Source of the DNA: Acidobacteriota bacterium
Lineage (GTDB): Bacteria; Acidobacteriota; Vicinamibacteria; Vicinamibacterales; Fen-181
Reading direction: 5' to 3'
DNA: 64,000 nucleotides
Assembly (NCBI GenBank): GCA_017883185.1
Contig: JADGOB010000002.1
Span: 10,844 to 74,843, forward strand
The position numbers and the translations under genes are program-made. The number at the start of each line of letters is the position of its first letter. Within the stretch, counting starts at the first letter, position 1. Shown here in pieces: positions 28,932 to 37,504 of the stretch. The notes beneath the pieces are model-generated. The model was not told the origin of the DNA. It saw only the letters and a program-made list of their open reading frames with translations, and made no database searches.

Positions 28932-29021
28932 GGTGCTGGGATGATAAACCGGCATCCGGTCCTCCCGGCCCATAATTTTCACGACCCGACCATGGAATGC
29001 TATGCTCGTCGCGGAGGTCCC

Positions 29022-30854
29022 ATGCCCGAGGCCGCCAGCCGCCTGCAGATCACCGACCTGACCTTTCGCGACGGCCACCAGTCGCTCTTCGCCACCCGTG
29101 TCCGGACCGACGACCTCGCCGCCATCGCGCCCAAGATGAACACGGTCGGCTTCTGGTCGATGGAAGTCTGGGGCGGCGCGACGTTCGACGTCATGACGCG
29201 GTTCCTGAACGAGGACCCGTGGGAGCGCATCCGCACCTTCAAGAGGCTCATGCCGAACGTGCGGCTCCAGATGCTGCTGCGCGGCCAGAACCTGGTCGGC
29301 TACCGCAACTACGCGGACGACGTCGTGCAGGCGTTCGTTCGCCACGCGGCCGACTGCGGGATCGACGTGTTTCGCGTCTTCGACGCGTTGAACGACGAAC
29401 GCAACGTCGCCACGGCCTTCCAGACGATTCGCGAGACGGGCAAGCACATCCAGGGCGCCATCAGCTACTCGCTGACCGAGCGATCGCTCGGCGGCCCGGT
29501 GTTCACGCTCGAGTACTTCCTCGACAAGGCGCGCACGATCGAGAAGATGGGCGCCGACAGCCTCTGCATCAAGGACATGGCCGGGCTCCTCTCGCCCGAT
29601 GATGCGGCGGCGCTCGTCGGGCGGCTGAAGCGAGAGCTGTCGATCCCGATCGTCGTGCACACGCACTTTACGAGCGGGATGGCGTACATGAGCCTGCTCC
29701 GCGCGATCGACGCCGGCGTGGACATCATCGACACCTGCCTCGCGCCGTTCGCCCTGCGGACGTCGCACGCCGCGCTCGAACCGATTGTCGCCGCGCTCGC
29801 CGGGCGCCCACGCGACACCGGCCTGGACCTTGCCAAGCTGTTGAAGATCGACGAGCACTTCGAGAACATCGCGCCCAAGTACCGCGACTTCCTCGACGAC
29901 ACCAAGCTGTCGGTCATCGACACCGGGGTCCTGTCGCACCAGATCCCCGGCGGCATGTTCAGCAACATGGTGGCCCAACTGCGGCAGGCCGACGCGTTGA
30001 ACCGGCTTGCCGAGGTGTACGAGGAACTGCCGCGCACGCGGCGCGAACTCGGGTGCCCGCCGCTGGTGACGCCGACCAGCCAGATCGTCGGCTCGCAGGC
30101 GGTCCTGAACGTGCTGTTCGGCCGCTACAAGATGATTTCGAAAGAGGTCAAGGACTACGTCTACGGCCTCTACGGCAAGCCGCCGGCCGCCATCGACCCC
30201 GAGGTCCAGGCGCTCGCGCTCGCCGATAACGAGCGGGGCCGAGAGCCGATTACCTGCCGGGCCGCGGACCTGCTGCCGCCCGAACTGGAGAAGGCCCGGG
30301 AAGACACGCGAGGCCTCGCGCGCGATATCGGGGACGTGCTGTGCTACGCCCTCTACCCGACAACCGGGCTGCGCTTCCTCAAGTGGAAGTACGGCGTCGA
30401 GGCGCCGCCACCGGAGACGAAGGCAAGGACGATCGAGGACGTGCGGCGCGAGAACGAGGCGGTGGCCAAGGCTCGAAAGGGACTGCCGGTCGAAGGGGGC
30501 GTGCCGACGCCAGCGCCGACCACCTCGCCCAGACACTTCACCGTGAAGGTCGGCGCCGAGGTCTTCCACGTTGAGGTCGATGCGGAGCAGGCGACGCCCG
30601 CCGCGGCCGCCACAACCGGAACGGTGACGGAGGGGGCGCCAGATTCGGTCGTCACCTCTCCGATGCCCGGTCTCGTCCTGCGGTACCTGGTCAAGGTCGG
30701 CGACGCGGTGAAGACCGGCAACCCGGTGGTCCAGATCGAGGCCATGAAGATGCAGAACAACCTGCCGGCGCCGCGCGACGGCCGCGTGGCCCGACTCGGC
30801 TTCAAGGACGGCGACAGCGTCAACCGCGGCGACGTCCTCCTCACCCTCGACTAG
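29022..30854 (+). CDS. Pyruvate carboxylase subunit B / oxaloacetate decarboxylase alpha-like (carboxyltransferase + biotin carrier)
   Basis: RDGHQSL, WGGATFD, LLRGQNLVGY, CIKDMAG, PLVTPTSQIVG and EAMKMQN; GGAGG ribosome-binding site. Confidence 0.9.
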   Translation: MPEAASRLQITDLTFRDGHQSLFATRVRTDDLAAIAPKMNTVGFWSMEVWGGATFDVMTRFLNEDPWERIRTFKRLMPNVRLQMLLRGQNLVGYRNYADDVVQAFVRHAADCGIDVFRVFDALNDERNVATAFQTIRETGKHIQGAISYSLTERSLGGPVFTLEYFLDKARTIEKMGADSLCIKDMAGLLSPDDAAALVGRLKRELSIPIVVHTHFTSGMAYMSLLRAIDAGVDIIDTCLAPFALRTSHAALEPIVAALAGRPRDTGLDLAKLLKIDEHFENIAPKYRDFLDDTKLSVIDTGVLSHQIPGGMFSNMVAQLRQADALNRLAEVYEELPRTRRELGCPPLVTPTSQIVGSQAVLNVLFGRYKMISKEVKDYVYGLYGKPPAAIDPEVQALALADNERGREPITCRAADLLPPELEKAREDTRGLARDIGDVLCYALYPTTGLRFLKWKYGVEAPPPETKARTIEDVRRENEAVAKARKGLPVEGGVPTPAPTTSPRHFTVKVGAEVFHVEVDAEQATPAAAATTGTVTEGAPDSVVTSPMPGLVLRYLVKVGDAVKTGNPVVQIEAMKMQNNLPAPRDGRVARLGFKDGDSVNRGDVLLTLD

Positions 30855-31816
30855 TCCAGCAGCCGCCGCGCGATGATGCTCCAGATGGCGTACGACAGGC
30901 GCCTGCGCGCGTGACGCGCGATCTCGCCGTCCCAGAAGGGCCCCTCGACCACTTCGCACGTGGGCGGAACCTCCCCGATCGGCAGCGGGTGCTTGTGCTC
31001 GGCCGCGTAGCGTTCGATCGTCTGGCTCGACGGCCTCGCGGTGTTCACGACCAGGACGTCCACCGGTCGGCCGATCGCTTCTCCGATCCAGTTCACCTCG
31101 TCGGCCGCGGTGAACGCGCTCATCCCGCGGCCTTCGGTCAGCAGGTTGGCGACCAGGATCACCGGTCCTTCGATCCGCCTTATGGCTTCGGACATCCCGC
31201 CCACCAGCAGCGGTGGTATCAGGCTGGTGAAGAAACTCCCCGGCCCGATAATCGCCACCTCGAACTGCTCGATCGCGGCCGCCACCTGCTCGTGAATCCG
31301 GGGTGGCGGGTCGAGCCAGATACGCCGCACCGCACGCCCCTCGCTCTGGAGGGCGTCCACTTCGACCTCGCCGCGCGTCTCTGACCCGTCGGCGTATTCG
31401 GCGCACACCGACGAGTGCTCGACGCTGGCCGGCCACACCCGCCCGTGACACCCGAGCAACGCCCGCAACCCGTCCACGGCCGCGATGAAGTCGCCGCTGT
31501 AGCGCTCCATCATCGACAGCAGGAGGTTGCCGCCGGTGTGCCCGGCGAGGCGCGCGTGCTCGAGCGTGGGCAGGCGGGACAGCAGCACGCGGCGCGCCTC
31601 CGCCTCGTTTCGCGCCAGCGCCAGCGCGCACTTGAGGATGTCGCCGGGCGGCAGCACCCCAAGCTGGTCGCGCAGCATGCCCGAGCTGCCGCCGCTGTCG
31701 AACATCGTCACGACCGCGTTGACTTGCAGCCAGGGGTTGGTCTTGAGGCCGCCCAGCAGGCTTGGCAGCCCCGTCCCTCCACCGATGCACCCAACCTTGA
31801 TCTCACGCAAACGCAT
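30851..31816 (-). CDS. yvcK: YvcK/UPF0052 (CofD-like) gluconeogenesis/morphogenesis factor
   Basis: IGGGTGL, DSGGSSGMLR, LPPGD, GHTGGNL and GPGSFFTSLIP. Confidence 0.85.
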   Translation of the reverse strand: MRLREIKVGCIGGGTGLPSLLGGLKTNPWLQVNAVVTMFDSGGSSGMLRDQLGVLPPGDILKCALALARNEAEARRVLLSRLPTLEHARLAGHTGGNLLLSMMERYSGDFIAAVDGLRALLGCHGRVWPASVEHSSVCAEYADGSETRGEVEVDALQSEGRAVRRIWLDPPPRIHEQVAAAIEQFEVAIIGPGSFFTSLIPPLLVGGMSEAIRRIEGPVILVANLLTEGRGMSAFTAADEVNWIGEAIGRPVDVLVVNTARPSSQTIERYAAEHKHPLPIGEVPPTCEVVEGPFWDGEIARHARRRLSYAIWSIIARRLLD

Positions 31817-31877
31817 GGGCGCCATTCTACATCCTCGGATTACGGAACTCATCCGTCGATGCACTAGAATATGTTTC

Positions 31878-32636
31878 ATGGCATCCACCCGCTCCTGGCG
31901 CGAGGCTGTTGGCGTTCTCGAAGCCGACCTGCGCACGATTCTCGACACCCGCCTGCGCGCGCTCGTCGTCTACGAGGCCCACGGGCTGCTCGGAGAGGCC
32001 TCCGGCGCGTCCGCCGCCGCAGCAGACGGCGAGCTCCAGCACGACGAGCAGGTGCACACGCTGGTGGTCGTCGATGACTTCGCGTACGGCGACCTGGCAC
32101 GCCTTGCGCCGCTGGCCGCAAACTGGGCGAAGCGGGGCCTCGCTGTGCCGTTGTTCCTGGCGCCCTCCGAGCTGCAGCGATCGCTCGACGCGTTCCCGCT
32201 GGAGTTCAGCCAGATCATCGCGCGGCACCTGGTGGTCGCCGGCGACGATCCGTTCCGGGACATGGCGGTCGCCGACCGGGACCTCCGGCGTGCGTGTGAA
32301 GCGCAGGCGCGGAGTCACCTGCTCCACCTCCGCGAGGGGTTCATCCAGGCTGCCGGAAGCCCGCAGGCCCTCGCCGGGCTCGTGTCCGCCTCGGTCGTGC
32401 CGCTGCGGGCACTACTCGTGAACATCGCCGCACTTCACGGCGTCAACGCCCGAACGCCGGACGCCCTCGGCCACTTCGTCGAGCAGCGCCTGCACCTCCG
32501 CACCGAGGGGCTGCGACCGCTCCTCTCGTCCGGGCGCGCCGAGCAGGTCCGCGATCTCGACGTCGGCGCCTTCTTCCCCGCGTACCTGCTGGCGGTCGAG
32601 CAGCTGACCACACTGGTGGACGAATGGACGCTGTGA
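31878..32636 (+). CDS. Nucleotidyltransferase-like protein associated with TPM/LemA
   Basis: PLFLAPSELQRSLDAFPLEF and GDDPF...DLRRACE motifs; precedes the TPM and LemA genes. Confidence 0.7.
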   Translation: MASTRSWREAVGVLEADLRTILDTRLRALVVYEAHGLLGEASGASAAAADGELQHDEQVHTLVVVDDFAYGDLARLAPLAANWAKRGLAVPLFLAPSELQRSLDAFPLEFSQIIARHLVVAGDDPFRDMAVADRDLRRACEAQARSHLLHLREGFIQAAGSPQALAGLVSASVVPLRALLVNIAALHGVNARTPDALGHFVEQRLHLRTEGLRPLLSSGRAEQVRDLDVGAFFPAYLLAVEQLTTLVDEWTL

Positions 32637-33430
32637 CGCGGCGGGTCGGCTCACTGGTCCCCCTCCTCCTCGTGCTGGCCCTGCTGGCGCCAGTCGCGCG
32701 CGCGCAGGACGCGCTGCCGGCGCTGTCGCAACCGGTGAACGACTTCGCCGGGGTGATCGACAAGGCGAGTGCCGCCGAGATGGACCGCGCCATCCGGACG
32801 CTTCAGGAGGCAACGGGCGATGTCGTGGTGGTGGCCACCATTCCGACCTTCGCGCCGTACGCCGACATCCGCGAGTACGCGGTCAAGTTGTTCGAGAACC
32901 AGGGGAAGGGCATCGGCGAGAAAGGCAAGCACAACGGCCTGCTGGTGCTGCTGGCGGTCAAGGACCGCAAGGTCTGGATCGAGGTGGGCTACGGCCTCGA
33001 GGAGTTCATCACCGACGGCTACTCGGGGGAGACGAGCCGCGAGTTCATGGCGCCGGCGTTCCGCCAGGGAGATTTCGGCGGCGGACTGAAGGCTGGCGTC
33101 GCCCGGATCATCGGGCGGATCGCGCAGGGCCGAAACGTCACGCTCCAGGGCGTGCCGCAGCCGACGCCCGTTCGTCAGCGCCGGTCCAGCGGGTTCCCGT
33201 CCTGGGTCGTCATCCTCATCGCCATCATCGTCCTCATCGCCGGCGCGAGTCGCGGCGGCCCGTCTCGGCCACAGAGCGGCTATCGCCGCGGCTGGGGCGG
33301 CGGCGGCTGGAGCGGCTGGAACAGCGGGATCGGCTCGTTTGGCGGCGGCGGTGGCGGCAGCTTCGGCGGTGGCTTCGGCGGCTTCGGCGGCGGTGGAAGC
33401 GGGGGTGGGGGCGGCGGCGCCAGTTGGTAA
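32624..33430 (+). CDS. TPM domain protein (YgcG-like) with Gly-rich tail
   Basis: Signal peptide, VNDFAGVI, IEVGYGLE, one transmembrane helix and FGGFGGGGSGGGGGGASW. Confidence 0.9.
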   Translation: MDAVTRRVGSLVPLLLVLALLAPVARAQDALPALSQPVNDFAGVIDKASAAEMDRAIRTLQEATGDVVVVATIPTFAPYADIREYAVKLFENQGKGIGEKGKHNGLLVLLAVKDRKVWIEVGYGLEEFITDGYSGETSREFMAPAFRQGDFGGGLKAGVARIIGRIAQGRNVTLQGVPQPTPVRQRRSSGFPSWVVILIAIIVLIAGASRGGPSRPQSGYRRGWGGGGWSGWNSGIGSFGGGGGGSFGGGFGGFGGGGSGGGGGGASW

Positions 33431-33495
33431 ACAGAAGGGCGCTGAACCAGTTGTTTGAAGAGGTCAGCAAGCTGCTGGAGGCCTGGTCGCAGGCC

Positions 33496-33530
33496 ATTCT
33501 GAATTCTGGCTCCTGAATTCTGACTTCTGA
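33496..33530 (-). repeat. Heptamer tandem repeat (AATTCTG on the + strand)
   Basis: attctg aattctg gctcctg aattctg acttctg. Confidence 0.7.
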
Positions 33531-33574
33531 GTAGTAACGAGCAATCGTGATTCAGACGCGCTGAGGAGAAGACG

Positions 33575-34156
33575 ATGCGAGAGATGAAGGATGTGATGGC
33601 TGTGCGGTTCGCCTTGGTCGCGTGCCTTGCGCTGGCCGCGTTCCCCCTGTCCGGCTGTTCCTACAATACGTTTGTCGGCCAGGAAGAGGGCGTAAAGGCC
33701 CAGTGGGCGCAGATCGAGACCCAGTTACAGCGGCGCAACGACTTGATCCCGAACCTGGTCAACACCGTGAAGGGTTACGCAGCGCACGAGCAGGCCGTAT
33801 TCCAGGCCGTCGCCGACTCGCGGGCAAAGATGGCGGGCGCCAAGACGCCGGAAGCCACCATGGCCGCCGCAAACGAGCAGACGTCCGCGCTCTCGCGCCT
33901 CCTGATGGTGGTGGAGAACTACCCCCAGCTCAAGGCCAACGAGCAGTTCGCGCGGTTGAGCGACGAACTCGCCGGCACCGAGAACCGTATCGCGACTGAA
34001 CGGAAGCGCTACAACGACAAGGTCCAGGAATACAACACGCTCCGGCGAAGGTTCCCGTCGAACATCACGGCCAGCGTGTTCAGCTTCAAGGAACACCCGT
34101 TCTTCCAGGCCCCGCCCGAGGCCAAACAGCTGCCCAAGGTCGAGTTCGGCAAGTAA
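33575..34156 (+). CDS. lemA: LemA family protein
   Basis: LSGC lipobox-like motif, QRRNDLIPNLV, ENYPQLKAN and ELAGTENRIA. Confidence 0.93.
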   Translation: MREMKDVMAVRFALVACLALAAFPLSGCSYNTFVGQEEGVKAQWAQIETQLQRRNDLIPNLVNTVKGYAAHEQAVFQAVADSRAKMAGAKTPEATMAAANEQTSALSRLLMVVENYPQLKANEQFARLSDELAGTENRIATERKRYNDKVQEYNTLRRRFPSNITASVFSFKEHPFFQAPPEAKQLPKVEFGK

Positions 34157-34177
34157 GGGCGATGTCCGCGCAGTTCC

Positions 34178-34393
34178 CTACGCGGACATCGCAGCCCGGA
34201 GCACGACCGCGCCGTCGCGGGTGCGCGCGAGGAACCGCGCCTGGGTCAACGCCTCGATCACCGCCTCGCACGTCGGGCGATCCGCGCCCCACAACCGTTG
34301 TGCTTGCGCCACGGTCAGCTTCAGACCTGGCATCTCGAGGAACTCGGCACGCACGCGTCGAATCATCTCTCCTGGCGTAGCGACTGGAAACAT
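34178..34393 (-). CDS. Small hypothetical protein, possible winged helix
   Basis: RVRAEFLEMPGLKLTVAQAQRLWG...FLARTRDG; GGGAG ribosome-binding site; lies downstream of a sigma54 consensus. Confidence 0.7.
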   Translation of the reverse strand: MFPVATPGEMIRRVRAEFLEMPGLKLTVAQAQRLWGADRPTCEAVIEALTQARFLARTRDGAVVLRAAMSA

Positions 34394-34490
34394 CGGGACT
34401 CCCCCCTTCCCGCCCGGCGCGGCTCGTCGCCAGGGCGCTCTAACTGGACCGACACCGCAGGCAGGAGAACGAATCCGCCGGTGTCGGCAC

Positions 34491-34550
34491 CCGCGTTACC
34501 GTTTTGCCGCGTTATCGCGTTACTGCGTTACCGTTTTACCGTTTTACCGC
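34491..34550. repeat. 8-bp tandem repeat (CCGCGTTA/CCGTTTTA, about 7 units)
   Basis: ccgcgtta ccgttttg ccgcgtta tcgcgtta ctgcgtta ccgtttta ccgtttta ccgc. Confidence 0.85.
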
Positions 34551-34556
34551 TGCAGG

Positions 34557-34571
34557 GCAAGCGGTGTGCCA
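34557..34571 (-). promoter_or_regulatory. Sigma54 (-24/-12) promoter
   Basis: TGGCACACCGCTTGC matches TGGCAC-N5-TTGC exactly and points at the 34393 ORF. Confidence 0.7.
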
Positions 34572-34624
34572 CGAGCGCGGATCTGGCTTCCTGAGCGTTT
34601 CCGGGCAGGGCCGTGAGTGGAGAG

Positions 34625-34664
34625 ACCGTGCCCGTCTGGAAATAGAACAGACGGGTGACACGGT
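34625..34664. terminator. Long inverted repeat downstream of the hyp operon
   Basis: ACCGTGCCCGTCTG-GAAATAGAA-CAGACGGGTGACACGGT. Confidence 0.5.
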
Positions 34665-34703
34665 TGTATTGAACGGATTCGGCAGGCGGCTCTTCCGCCC
34701 CGC

Positions 34704-34928
34704 CTATTGGCAGTGTGTGGCTTCCTCCGAAGGCGAGCGCCAGCCTTCTTCGATCAACCCGCGCATGACGTCAACCGACCGCGCGATGACCGCTGAAGGG
34801 TCCTCGAAACGCTCCGCCTGCTCCGCGCCGTCCGGCCTGGTGACGACCAACTCGTAGTACTGCCCCTCGATGTCGCGGCGGATTTCGCAGCGGAGATTTT
34901 CGCCCTGGCGCTCGAAAGACCAGATCAT
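34704..34928 (-). CDS. Small hypothetical protein (74 aa)
   Basis: MIWSFERQGENLRCEIRRD...LIEEGWR; protein-like composition; follows hypE closely. Confidence 0.65.
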   Translation of the reverse strand: MIWSFERQGENLRCEIRRDIEGQYYELVVTRPDGAEQAERFEDPSAVIARSVDVMRGLIEEGWRSPSEEATHCQ

Positions 34929-34941
34929 GACGTCGGCAATT

Positions 34942-35993
34942 TTAGCAGATCCTCGGCAGTTGCTCGCCACTCAACATGTCGAGCACGCGCGTCGCTCCGA
35001 GGATGCTGCGGACCACGACGAGCCCCGGTCGCTCGAGGGTCACCCGGCCGATGACGCAGGCGTCTCCGCTGACGGGATGCCGGCGGAGGACCTCCACCAC
35101 GCGGTCGGCCTGGTGCTCGGGAGCGAAGACGATGAAGCGACCCTCGTTCGCCACGTACATCGGGTCGAAGCCCAGGATCTCGCAGGCGCCGCGCACGTCC
35201 TCACGGACGGGAACGGGCCGCTCGTCAATCGTCATGCCAACCTTCGCCGAACCGGCAATTTCGTTCAGGGCGCTGGCCAGCCCTCCGCGGGTGATGTCCC
35301 GAAGGCAGTGGACATCGACGCCGGACGAGACCAGGTCGAGCACCGGCGCGGACAGCGGCGCGCAATCGCTCTCGATGGCGCTCTCGAACTGCAACCCTTC
35401 CCTGACAGCCATGATGGCCATGCCATGCCGGCCAATGTCTCCGCTGAGGATCACGGCGTCCCCGGCACGGACGCTCGCGGGGGCAATCCGCAGGCCGTGC
35501 TCGACCACCCCCACGCCCGCGGTGTTGATGAACACACCGTCACCCTTCCCGCGGTCAACCACCTTCGTGTCGCCGGTCACGATGGCCACCCCGGCCTCGA
35601 CTGCCGCGGCCTGCATCGATGCCACCACTCGCTGAAGGGTTTCGACGGCAAGCCCTTCCTCGATGATGAAGCCGGCGCTCAGAGCCAGCGGCCGCGCCCC
35701 GGCCATGGCCAGGTCGTTCACCGTCCCGTTGACGGCCAGCGTGCCGATGGTGCCGCCCGGGAAGAACAGCGGACGGACGACGTAGGAGTCGGTGGTGAAC
35801 GCAATCCGGGCCGCGCCCACCTCGAGCACGGCCGCGTCGTGCCCGGTGTCGAGCAGCGGGTTGCTGAAGGCCGACAGGAACACCCGCTCGATCAACTGGT
35901 GCATCAGGCGGCCGCCGCCGCCATGCGCCAGCAGCACCTGCGGATACTGCGCGATCGGAGCGGGGCACGACGGAGCGAAGTCCTTCGCCTGGC

Positions 35994-35997
<4 letters not shown>
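34942..35997 (-). CDS. hypE: [NiFe]-hydrogenase maturation protein HypE
   Basis: [30 protein letters not shown] and C-terminal LPRIC. Confidence 0.96.
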
Positions 35998-37102
<1,105 letters not shown>

Positions 37103-37106
<4 letters not shown>

Positions 37107-37360
37107 GCCGGTGACTCCCCGTCGCCATCGAGCCCTGCGGCCAGCTTGCTCAGGTCCTCGAATATCAGCAACGCCTCCTTCTCGTCGATCTGGCTGAGCG
37201 CGAACCCCGCGTGGACGATCACGTAGTCGTCCACGTTCACGTCAGGCAGGAAGGCGAGACTCACGTCTTTGATTGCGCCGCCGAAGCTGACCTTTGCGGT
37301 GCGCGCCCACGGATCGTCACCGGACATGCTCACGATCTTGCCAGGAACTGCCAGGCACAT
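37103..37360 (-). CDS. hypC: [NiFe]-hydrogenase chaperone HypC
   Basis: MCLAVPGK and YVIVHAGFA. Confidence 0.96.
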
Positions 37361-37392
37361 ATGGACACCGTTACTACTCAGGCAGACAGGAC

Positions 37393-37492
37393 TTAGAAGT
37401 CAGAAGTCAGAAGTCAGAATGTCAGAATGTCACATGTTGTCGCTGGCGTCCTCATGCTGAATCCTGAATTCTGACTGCTGGCTACCTGACTG
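37393..37492. repeat. Inverted heptamer repeat clusters between hypF and hypC
   Basis: (CAGAAGT)-type units at 37393-37432 face (ATCCTGA/ATTCTGA)-type units at 37457-37492. Confidence 0.7.
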
Positions 37493-37504
37493 GTTACCCG
37501 CGTT

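Noticed and set aside
27675-31790. 1371-aa and 1026-aa apparent fusion ORFs
   Set aside because: Only the final MFS part (from 28931) and the carboxyltransferase part (from 29022) carry motifs; the extensions are antisense to neighbouring genes.
33280-33425. GGC-rich microsatellite
   Set aside because: It encodes the ordinary Gly-rich tail of TPM-domain proteins.
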